Positions 18,007 to 25,450 of a DNA stretch of 25,450 nt are shown piece after piece. The DNA is from Bdellovibrionia bacterium (GTDB lineage Bacteria > Bdellovibrionota > UBA1018): positions 1 to 25,450 of the forward strand of contig JBMSSC010000027.1 in assembly GCA_049424145.1 (NCBI GenBank), read 5' to 3'. Position 1 is the first letter of the stretch, and the number at the start of each line of letters is the position of its first letter. The notes below the pieces were generated by a model. It did no database searches. It worked only from the letters and a program-made list of their open reading frames with translations, and was not told the DNA's origin. The position numbers and the translations under genes were made by a program.

Positions 18007-18023
18007 ATTTTTTCAGAAAAAAT
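18007..18023. promoter_or_regulatory. Perfect 8-1-8 palindrome, candidate operator
   Basis: ATTTTTTC-A-GAAAAAAT. A related copy TTTTTC-T-GAAAAAAT lies at 1709-1723. Confidence 0.35.
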
Positions 18024-18496
18024 GACCCCCTAGGCTGTCCCACCTCCAGGTTTTTAACCTGAGGATCGAAGGCCATCCTACTTGAGTTCGGTATTCCCCT
18101 TCCCCGCCAGTTGTGCTAATTCGCAACTTCGTCTGAACTGCAAATATCCGCTTCCAAGGCGAAAAATCATCTTGGCTTGGGTAAAGTCTGTCGAGTAGAG
18201 TTCGAAAAGATTAAGACAGTTAAGATCGAATCGGTTTGAGAATTTTTGCCCTACGGCGGCTCAAACGCAAAAAACGATCGGCGTCCAAAGTTTGGCCTAC
18301 TCAATTTGAGTGCTGGCAGGAGATGGTGGGTAATGACCATTGTCTTGTAACTCCTGGAAGTGTGTTCAGGAGCGATTCGGATGTCAATCGCCCGAACAGG
18401 GGAATCCTCTTCGTTTAACGGAGAGGAGGACATCAAACTTCTAAGCTGTTTTTTTGTTTTAAAAACAACCTAAAAAAATGAGTAAAAAGGTGACCG

Positions 18497-19897
18497 ATGA
18501 CGAATTTTCGCAATGAACACGACTCCCTCGGAGTGATCGAAATCCCAGCCCAGGCACTCTATGGTGCACAAACCTATCGAGCAGTGAAGAATTATCCCAT
18601 CTCAGGACGAACCGCTCACCCAGCGCTCATTCGAGCCTACTTGCGCATCAAATCGGCAGCAGCACACGCGAACTCCAGCTGCCAAGTGCTCAGCACTGAG
18701 CAGGCTCAGCTCATTCAAGATGCGGTCAACCAACTGCTCAAAACACCAGCTCATGAGCTACCCCCGATTTTTCCCGTGGATCCCTATCAAGCCGGAGCGG
18801 GAACCAGCCAAAACATGAACATGAATGAAGTGGTGGCTAATGTGGCCAATCAAAAAGCCGGGAAGCCCTTGGGCACCTACTCTCCTGTGCACCCTAATGA
18901 CCACGTCAATCGCTCCCAATCCACCAACGATAGTTTTCCCACCGCCATGCGCTTGGCTATTTTAGACACCTCAAAAGACTTAGTGGAGGCATTGGATCAA
19001 CTCTCTGAGACTTGTCAAAAGAAGGCTCAAAAATGGATGTTGATTCCCAAATCGGCTCGCACTCACTTGCAAGATGCAGTGCCCATGACGCTCGGACAAG
19101 AGTTTCAAGCCTACGGAATCACCCTCAAAAAATGCTCCCGATGGATCCAAGAGGGACGCAATGAACTTCGCGAATTAGGAATTGGCGGCAGCGCAGCTGG
19201 AACGGGGCTGACGGTTCCCAAGGGCTATGCACACGCCATTGTCGCAGAACTCGAGAAACTCACTGGAGAGAAACTCCGCTTGGCTGAAAGCCTCTGTGAA
19301 GCTATGCAGTCGCAATCCCCGGTCAGTTATTACTCAAGCATGCTGAAGCTCACTGCCTTAGAACTGACTCGGATCTGCAACGACCTCCGACTCATGGCCT
19401 CAGGCCCTTTAACCGGACTTGCAGAAATTCTTCTTCCCGCAGTGCAACCCGGCAGTAGCATTATGCCAGGAAAAGTGAACCCTTCCATTCTTGAAATGGC
19501 TAATCAGACCTGGTTCTCCGTACTGGGCTATGATCAAACGGTCAACTACTGCACTCAGGCAGGGCAGCTTGAACTCAACGTGATGATGCCCATGATGGCC
19601 TACTCTATGCTGGAGGCCACCCAGGTGACCACTAACGCCCTCCGAGTTCTTAAAGAGCGCTGTTTTGACGGACTAGAGCCCAACGAAAGCAGGCTTAGAA
19701 AATACTTCGAAAGCACGCCTCAGATTGCAACGGCTTTAAGCCCAAAACTGGGTTACGAAAAAACGGCGGAGCTGGTGAAAAAATCACTCGAACTCGGAGT
19801 CTCCGTAATTGATCTCATTCGGGATCAAAAACTCATCTCAACCGAAGAGCTCACCGTGCTTCTTGATCCAAAGGCGTTAACGGGAATTTCAGGCTAG
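18497..19897 (+). CDS. aspA: Aspartate ammonia-lyase / class II fumarase superfamily enzyme (aspartase-like)
   Basis: Signature GSSIMPGKVNP, HPNDHVNRSQSTND, GQLELNVMMP. QAGAGTS and RTHLQDAVP fit AspA better than FumC (QTGSGT, QDATP), but substrate is not certain. Confidence 0.8.
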   Translation: MTNFRNEHDSLGVIEIPAQALYGAQTYRAVKNYPISGRTAHPALIRAYLRIKSAAAHANSSCQVLSTEQAQLIQDAVNQLLKTPAHELPPIFPVDPYQAGAGTSQNMNMNEVVANVANQKAGKPLGTYSPVHPNDHVNRSQSTNDSFPTAMRLAILDTSKDLVEALDQLSETCQKKAQKWMLIPKSARTHLQDAVPMTLGQEFQAYGITLKKCSRWIQEGRNELRELGIGGSAAGTGLTVPKGYAHAIVAELEKLTGEKLRLAESLCEAMQSQSPVSYYSSMLKLTALELTRICNDLRLMASGPLTGLAEILLPAVQPGSSIMPGKVNPSILEMANQTWFSVLGYDQTVNYCTQAGQLELNVMMPMMAYSMLEATQVTTNALRVLKERCFDGLEPNESRLRKYFESTPQIATALSPKLGYEKTAELVKKSLELGVSVIDLIRDQKLISTEELTVLLDPKALTGISG

Positions 19898-20011
19898 GAG
19901 CAACAAACCCATCGTCATTCACTTCAGTTTTGAAATGGGTGGCTTAAAGGAGCTCAAGTAGAAAGCCGAAAAAAAGAGGAGAATTTAGAAACCAGAATGA
20001 GAATCTTATTC

Positions 20012-21121
20012 TCATTCTGGTTTCTTTTCACCTTCTCGCTTCGCTCTGTTGTGCTCTCCTGCTGCTTGGCTTTGAGCCAAGCGCTCCTCGTCATAAGAAT
20101 CAAAATCCTCTTCATACTCAAGTTCGGGATGCGGCATGGGCCCACAACCTGGAGTTCCTGCTTGATCACCAATGCGAACGTGAAGGTGATTTTTATGCCC
20201 CGGCATATGGCGAATCAACTTCTTCAGCTGAAGCCAGAGGGGATCTGTTTTTAATGCCTTGGCTAAAGCATGGATGTGCTTGCGATCTAAAAAAATCACT
20301 TTCACACAAACGTAGGGGTTTTGAAAAATCTGCTGAATGAACCACCAGTTGGAGGCAACTTGAAAATCACGTGAAAAATGCGTTTGCGTGATGACTCCCG
20401 GCTTGGCATTTAAAAAACCAATATCCGCATCCTGACCGTTAGTGTGAGAGGCATGCCCTCTGCGCCCGGTCACTCCGTAACTACTACCTCCACGCGGAGC
20501 AGAGACATCACCCAGGACCAACTTCAATTGAGAAAACTCTTTCTGCCAGTAGCGTTCAGCCACGGAACGCCCCAACCATTCGATCATCAGGGCCATGGGA
20601 TCGGTTCCAAAATTCGTGCATCTTTTTGGTGAATTCAGCAGAATGCGATTTTGGTCCGTGGGCACAATGGGTCGCCCGTGAGCAAGAAACCCATTATTGA
20701 CGGTACAATAGGCTTGAGCCCCGTTCTTCCCTCGATCCTTTTCAATGAGCTCTAAGATATCCAAAGAACGATTTGAGGTGAGTTGACTCAAATACTCACG
20801 CTGCTCCTCGGTCATCTCCTGGCAGCGAGGCTTTCTTTGACTGCGCGCCTGAGCGTGAGGAAGCCGTTTTTTGGATCGAATCGGACCACAGCACTGATGC
20901 CCGTTCAAATGAAAATCAGGATTCCAATGCGAACAAAAGGCTTTCGATGGCTCACTGACAGGAGTCGGATCCAATGACTTTGAAACCGGATCACACGGAG
21001 CAAGAGCCTCATCCTGCACCCAACTTTCCAGAGCAGTGAAACTCCGATGAGCATGAGGCTTCACCCGAGGCTCGGCGTATGCCAAACTCGATTGAAGAAA
21101 CAAAATGAAAATGAAGAGCAC
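20012..21121 (-). CDS. mepA: Penicillin-insensitive murein endopeptidase (MepA-like, peptidase M74)
   Basis: Signal peptide (AYA). GDVSAPRGG, GHASHTNGQDAD (HxSHxxGxDxD) and HKNHLHVR zinc motifs. Cys-rich N-terminal extension. Confidence 0.82.
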   Translation of the reverse strand: MLFIFILFLQSSLAYAEPRVKPHAHRSFTALESWVQDEALAPCDPVSKSLDPTPVSEPSKAFCSHWNPDFHLNGHQCCGPIRSKKRLPHAQARSQRKPRCQEMTEEQREYLSQLTSNRSLDILELIEKDRGKNGAQAYCTVNNGFLAHGRPIVPTDQNRILLNSPKRCTNFGTDPMALMIEWLGRSVAERYWQKEFSQLKLVLGDVSAPRGGSSYGVTGRRGHASHTNGQDADIGFLNAKPGVITQTHFSRDFQVASNWWFIQQIFQNPYVCVKVIFLDRKHIHALAKALKTDPLWLQLKKLIRHMPGHKNHLHVRIGDQAGTPGCGPMPHPELEYEEDFDSYDEERLAQSQAAGEHNRAKREGEKKPE

Positions 21122-21149
21122 TGCTGGACTTTAAAATTAAACTCAGGAG

Positions 21150-22229
21150 TTAGTCAATCATTATGGCAAGCTGGTTTTCCAAATCTTCCACCTCATCTTG
21201 CCAGTATTGATGAGAGCCAAAGTGAGGAAAAGCCGCAGGAAAAGCTGGATCCGACCATCGACGAGCAATCCAAGCGGAGTAATGAATGAAGCGAAGGGCT
21301 CGAAGTGGTTCAATCAACCGCAAAGACTTGCGATCCAAAGAGCGAATCTGCTCATAGCCCTGAAGAAGCACCTCTCGCTTGGCTAAAGCCTCAGCGTCTC
21401 GCCCGGGAATCAAAAGCCAGAGGTCCTGCACTGCTGGCCCCTGCACGAGGTCATCGAAATCCACAAAAAAAGCCCCTGGGTCATTTCCACCGAGCTCACG
21501 ACCAAAATTCGGATGACACAATAGATTCCCCAAATGGCAGTCACCATGAATTCGATGTACGGGCACTTGATCAAACCACGGCTGACTGAGCGAACAAATT
21601 TGCTCCACTGCACGTTGGTAGCGCTTTTCAAATTCCAAAGGAATAAACTGCCCCTGGATTAAAAACTTTAAAGGAGAAAGCCCATAGGACTTAGGATCCA
21701 GTCTCACTCGATGGGAAGCCACTCTTTTGGATCCCACTTGATGAATCCGGCCAATGAGACGACCCACCTGATGGAGCTGCTCATCGGAGAGTTCATCTGG
21801 AGCACGGCCTCCAATTTTTGGAAAAATCGCATAATAAATGCCTCCCTCAGACGTCCGATGCAAGGTCTGACCGTCTGAAAAAGCAATGGGAGCCACTACG
21901 GGAATCTCCTCTGCATCCAAATCCAGGAGGAACTCATGCTCTTGAAGAATCTGCTCCAAACTCCAACGCCCCGGGCGATAGAACTTCACGACCCGATGAA
22001 AACGGTTCTTAGCTGAAAGGCTCCACGAGGCAGGCGAACGCGGAAGCTCAAGTGAGCCGTCCTTTGAATCCTCAGGCTCAAGCTCAACATCATAGACTCG
22101 ATTCTCATAACTGCTCAACGCCTGACACCGCCCTGTGCAGCGCAAGCCTGAGGCCTCTACTGAGGCTAAAACCTGATCCGGGGTGAGCGCAAAAAAGAAG
22201 CCCTGGTCATTTTGGGAAAGAGAGGTCAC
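21150..22229 (-). CDS. srkA: Stress response Ser/Thr kinase SrkA/RdoA (YihE) family
   Basis: LSSYENRVY, VKFYRPGRWS..QILQEHEF, GGRAP, IHGDCHLGN, DFDD, GPAVQDLW, LIEPLRALR, WIARRWSDPAFP. Confidence 0.93.
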   Translation of the reverse strand: MTSLSQNDQGFFFALTPDQVLASVEASGLRCTGRCQALSSYENRVYDVELEPEDSKDGSLELPRSPASWSLSAKNRFHRVVKFYRPGRWSLEQILQEHEFLLDLDAEEIPVVAPIAFSDGQTLHRTSEGGIYYAIFPKIGGRAPDELSDEQLHQVGRLIGRIHQVGSKRVASHRVRLDPKSYGLSPLKFLIQGQFIPLEFEKRYQRAVEQICSLSQPWFDQVPVHRIHGDCHLGNLLCHPNFGRELGGNDPGAFFVDFDDLVQGPAVQDLWLLIPGRDAEALAKREVLLQGYEQIRSLDRKSLRLIEPLRALRFIHYSAWIARRWSDPAFPAAFPHFGSHQYWQDEVEDLENQLAIMID

Positions 22230-22232
22230 CTT

Positions 22233-22622
22233 TTACTCCTCGCTGAAGGGGTGGGGCTCTTGAGCCAGTTTTTTAAAAAGCTGCTCAACCGGAGTATCTA
22301 ACTTCTTCTGGCGATTGCAGGCTACGCACGCAGGAACCACATTCCCTGGACGGCTCTCGCCCCCTCTTGCCAATGGAACCACGTGATCAAGAGTTAATTG
22401 ATCAGGTCTAAATCTTTGCTCACAATAGGAACAAATGCCGCGGTTCACCTGGTTCTGCCACCATTGAGTTTTTTTTAACTGCCGCGCTTTTTCTCGTTCC
22501 TTTTTCAGTCGCCTCGGATCGGTATCCTGCTCATCCAGCAGGTAGTAATCCTCGCTGAGGTCTTGAGGGGGATTGAAGTTTTGATCCGATTGAGAGCAAG
22601 CCATTGCCCTGCGTCTTACCAC
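22233..22622 (-). CDS. Small HNH endonuclease-domain protein
   Basis: CSYC...LTLDHVVPLARGG...NVVPACVACNRQK, preceded by EREKARQLKKTQWW. Alternative ATG at 22604. Confidence 0.9.
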   Translation of the reverse strand: MVRRRAMACSQSDQNFNPPQDLSEDYYLLDEQDTDPRRLKKEREKARQLKKTQWWQNQVNRGICSYCEQRFRPDQLTLDHVVPLARGGESRPGNVVPACVACNRQKKLDTPVEQLFKKLAQEPHPFSEE

Positions 22623-22682
22623 GATTGACGGCGGTGCGCCATCAGATGTTGACTAAAACTATCGGTATCAGTATAACCAGGC

Positions 22683-24311
22683 ATGCTTCATTTTACCAAC
22701 GTCTCTAAGCAGTATGGACAACGAATCCTCTTTAAAAACGCAAGCTTCCAGGTGCGCCCCGGGGATAAAATCGGTCTCGTAGGACCCAATGGAGCAGGCA
22801 AAACAACCGTATTTCGACTCATCACCCAAGAAGAACACCCAGACGAGGGCACCATCAGTGCGAGCGATCAGCTGATCATTGGTTATTTTTCACAAACCGT
22901 AGGGGAAATGAAAGGCCGCTCTGCTTTAGAGGAAGTCAAAGCCGGTGCCGGACGAGTCTCCTTGCTGGCTGAGAAAATTCAAGTTTTAGAAGCCAAGCTG
23001 CAAGCCTCAGCTGAGAATCCCCTCTCAGATGAAGAGATGGCCGCTGTGCTGGATCAATATGGGGAAGCGCAGCTTGAATTTGAGCAACGCGGGGGATACG
23101 ATCTGGACTCCCGCGCCAAAGCCATCTTAACGGGTTTAGGCATCGGTGTGGACTCCTATGATCAGCCGGTTGAGGTGTTCAGTGGTGGCTGGAAGATGCG
23201 AATTGCGTTGGCTAAAATCTTAGCCTTAAGTCCAGATCTTCTCCTGATGGATGAGCCCACCAACCACTTGGATCTGGAGTCGATTCTTTGGCTCGAGGAG
23301 TGGATTTTATCGTTTAAAGGCTCATTAGTCATGACGAGCCATGACCGTGAGTTCATGAATCGAATCTGCACACGAACGGTGGAGGTCGCCAACAAATCCC
23401 TCACCGTCTACAGTGGAAACTATGATTTCTACCTCAAAGAGCGACAAATTCGCCTGGATCAACTCATTGCGGCCCACCAGAAGCAGTCCGATATGCTTGC
23501 AAAAGAAGAGGAGTTCATTGCGCGGTTTGCAGCCCGCGCTTCCCATGCAGCCCAGGTCCAATCAAGAATTAAGAAACTTGAAAAAATTGATCGAATCGAG
23601 ATTCCAGCCGAAGAAAAAACGATGAACTTTGAGTTTCCCACGCCTCCTCGCAGCGGCAACGAGGTCGTCAAGATGGAGCACCTCGAGAAGTCTTGGGAAA
23701 CTCAAGATGGAAAAATCAAGCCCGTCTTCAGTGGCTTAAGCGGCGTGGTGAGGCGCTTAGATAAGGTGGCCGTCGTTGGAGTCAACGGCGCTGGAAAATC
23801 TACCTTGCTTAAGACGATTTGTGGACAAACTGAAGCCACCTCAGGACACGTCCAATTAGGCGCCAACGTCCACGTAGGGTACTTCAGTCAGCACTCTCTT
23901 GAAGTCTTAAACTCCGATAAGACCATCTATGATGAAGTCCATGACCGCATTCCCATGGCCACCATTGGCTTTGTTCGAAACCTCTTAGGCGCCTTTCTTT
24001 TTAGCGGCGATGACGTTTATAAGAAAATCTCGGTCCTCTCGGGAGGCGAAAAAAGCCGAGTTGTCCTGGCCACCATTCTGGCTCACCCGGTTAATGTCCT
24101 CATCTTAGACGAGCCGACGAACCACTTGGACATTAAATCCAGAGAAATTCTCCTAAAAGCGATTCAAGCTTTTGATGGCACAGTTCTCATCGTGAGCCAC
24201 GATCGACACTTCTTAAGATCGGTAGCCACGCGGGTTTTTGAGATCGACCATGGAGAGATGCGAATTTACGAAGGCAACTACGACTACTACTTGTCGAAGA
24301 AAACTCACTAA
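22683..24311 (+). CDS. ABC-F family ATP-binding protein (ribosome-associated)
   Basis: Two ABC domains (GPNGAGKTT/FSGGWKMR/DEPTNHLD and GVNGAGKST/LSGGEKSR/DEPTNHLD), linker YSGNYDFY..., no TM segments. Confidence 0.95.
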   Translation: MLHFTNVSKQYGQRILFKNASFQVRPGDKIGLVGPNGAGKTTVFRLITQEEHPDEGTISASDQLIIGYFSQTVGEMKGRSALEEVKAGAGRVSLLAEKIQVLEAKLQASAENPLSDEEMAAVLDQYGEAQLEFEQRGGYDLDSRAKAILTGLGIGVDSYDQPVEVFSGGWKMRIALAKILALSPDLLLMDEPTNHLDLESILWLEEWILSFKGSLVMTSHDREFMNRICTRTVEVANKSLTVYSGNYDFYLKERQIRLDQLIAAHQKQSDMLAKEEEFIARFAARASHAAQVQSRIKKLEKIDRIEIPAEEKTMNFEFPTPPRSGNEVVKMEHLEKSWETQDGKIKPVFSGLSGVVRRLDKVAVVGVNGAGKSTLLKTICGQTEATSGHVQLGANVHVGYFSQHSLEVLNSDKTIYDEVHDRIPMATIGFVRNLLGAFLFSGDDVYKKISVLSGGEKSRVVLATILAHPVNVLILDEPTNHLDIKSREILLKAIQAFDGTVLIVSHDRHFLRSVATRVFEIDHGEMRIYEGNYDYYLSKKTH

Positions 24312-24352
24312 GTTCAATCGCAAATTCTGGAGAATCAGTCCAATTAAGCCCG

Positions 24353-24892
24353 TTAGCGGTGCCCTCTTGAGGCTGCTCCTCCTTTTCGTCCAATTTGAGC
24401 CATATGCTCACGATTCTTCGAGACACTTTGCCCGCCTTTTCGGCCAATTTCAGCCATGTGCTGCTTATTTCGCGAAACGGCAAGTCCCCCCTTACGAGCG
24501 ACTTCTTTTCTGGTCTGAGGATCCATGGCTGCTGTACCCCGAGCTCCAGTGCGACCAGGAACCTTAGCGCGCTCCACTGGCCTTACCTCCGTCGTAGGCA
24601 CTCCAGCAGGCGTAGAGCCCGGAGCTGCACTTTGTGCCTGTTCTTGAGTCGGTTGTTGGGGCTGAGTGAGCAATGTGGGCGCAGCGACAGAGGTATGCTG
24701 CTCCTTCTTCTCTCCTGTTCTAGCCTCAAGCTCGGTTTCTGGCGACCTCAACTCCTTGGGTGTCTCAACAGCACGCTCCAAAGGCTTCACTGTTGCCTGG
24801 GTGGCTTGCTCACGCGACCCCTCTTTTTGAGACGCTCTGTGCTCTTCCAATTCAAAATGCTTTTCCTGCTCCTGCTCAAAAGTATTTGACAT
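24353..24892 (-). CDS. KGG-repeat general stress protein (YciG/GsiB/Con-10-like) with a long disordered N-terminus
   Basis: Three KGG repeats: EVARKGG, HMAEIGRKGG, HMAQIGRKGG. E/Q/T/P-rich N-terminus. Strong GAGGAGG RBS. Confidence 0.88.
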   Translation of the reverse strand: MSNTFEQEQEKHFELEEHRASQKEGSREQATQATVKPLERAVETPKELRSPETELEARTGEKKEQHTSVAAPTLLTQPQQPTQEQAQSAAPGSTPAGVPTTEVRPVERAKVPGRTGARGTAAMDPQTRKEVARKGGLAVSRNKQHMAEIGRKGGQSVSKNREHMAQIGRKGGAASRGHR

Positions 24893-24965
24893 GATTCCTC
24901 CTCGGGGAGTTCAAGGTGATATTAAACAAACTCAGTCGGTTTCCTGTGATATATGCTTCTCCAAG

Positions 24966-24981
24966 TGCAAGCCGCATTCCC
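24966..24981 (-). promoter_or_regulatory. Putative sigma-54 (-24/-12) promoter for the KGG gene
   Basis: Minus strand GGGAATGCGGCTTGCA has GG-N10-GC spacing and a perfect TTGCA, about 75 nt upstream of ATG 24892. Confidence 0.45.
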
Positions 24982-25147
24982 TGCCGCAGAGCCGCTTTGG
25001 CCTCAGCTTTTGATATCTAGATTGAGTATGGTTTTAATCAACGAGAGAAGCCGGTGGCTCGATCAAGAAGCATGGACTGATTAACTGATGAAATGATTCA
25101 AAAAGAAATGAACCGAGTAAAAGAGACCAAAGGAAACCAAAAGAAGC

Positions 25148-25450
25148 ACCGGTGAGCGACGCTTGAACGGCAATCTGTGCGGTTTCCAGATCGCGCATTT
25201 CACCAACCATGATGATGTCCGGGTCTTGACGGAGGAAGGCGCGGAGGGCCTTGGCGAAGGTCATGCCCGTGGTTTCATTGATGGGCACCTGCATGATGCC
25301 TTCAATGTCATACTCGACGGGGTCCTCCGTTGTGAGCAGCTTGGTGTCCAGCGCGTTGACCCTTCGCAGACAGGCATACAGCGTCGTGGTCTTGCCGCAA
25401 CCAGTCGGGCCCGTGACGACGAAAATGCCGTTGGGGTTTTGAATGATGTC
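25148..25450 (-). CDS. GspE/PilB family secretion ATPase, internal fragment (5' end outside the window, 3' end truncated at ~25148)
   Basis: Hand translation from 25450: [25 protein letters not shown]...[16 protein letters not shown]...[29 protein letters not shown]. The expected His box (HLVxSTLHTN) is absent. Confidence 0.9.

Noticed and set aside
288..20014. Genome-wide stop-codon reassignment (TGA or TAG) as the explanation for the helicase stops
   Set aside because: TGA terminates ampG, the NHL gene and mepA, and TAG terminates aspA, the cytochrome and the helicase itself at sensible positions. No other recognisable gene in the window is interrupted.
22233..22622. HNH gene as a homing endonuclease, mobile element or defence nuclease
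   Set aside because: No intron, terminal repeats, integrase, methyltransferase or compositional shift. It sits in an apparent housekeeping operon.
22657..22690. Sigma-28 promoter for the HNH operon (minus-strand ACCGATAG)
   Set aside because: No TAAA-like -35 element at the expected spacing.
24395..24889. 164-aa antisense ORF and other short overlapping ORFs in the track (e.g. 4443-4838, 7551-7955, 13114-13530, 17036-17470)
   Set aside because: They are shadow ORFs overlapping well-supported genes, without motifs or RBS.

Overview
Gene-dense bacterial chromosomal window of about 22 CDS. I recognised no rRNA, tRNA, CRISPR array or mobile element. The mix of a stand-alone HAMP membrane protein, FecR- and SH3-barrel fusions and secreted NHL/RCC1 propellers suggests a Bdellovibrionota/Oligoflexia-like host (inference only). 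Gene order: partial DMT-family gene, ampG, SH3+beta-barrel protein, 12-blade NHL lipoprotein, mnmA, cytochrome c fusion, RCC1 propeller, papain-family (C1) lipoprotein peptidase, HAMP protein, Ski2-like/DUF3516 helicase, FecR-domain protein, a receiver-PLD-YbhP operon, an aspA-like lyase, an HNH-srkA-mepA operon, ABC-F ATPase, KGG stress protein and a GspE/PilB ATPase fragment. Main anomalies: (1) the 852-codon helicase is one frame interrupted by an in-frame TGA and an in-frame TAG, with a candidate four-stem RNA leader upstream; (2) the last ~300 bp are a GC-rich PilB/GspE fragment joined in frame, mid-motif, to unrelated AT-rich sequence, probably a chimeric junction; (3) several long inverted repeats and a shared palindrome occur in intergenic regions. 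I found no convincing wholly new multi-gene system. The best leads are the interrupted helicase locus and the candidate RNA and operator elements.
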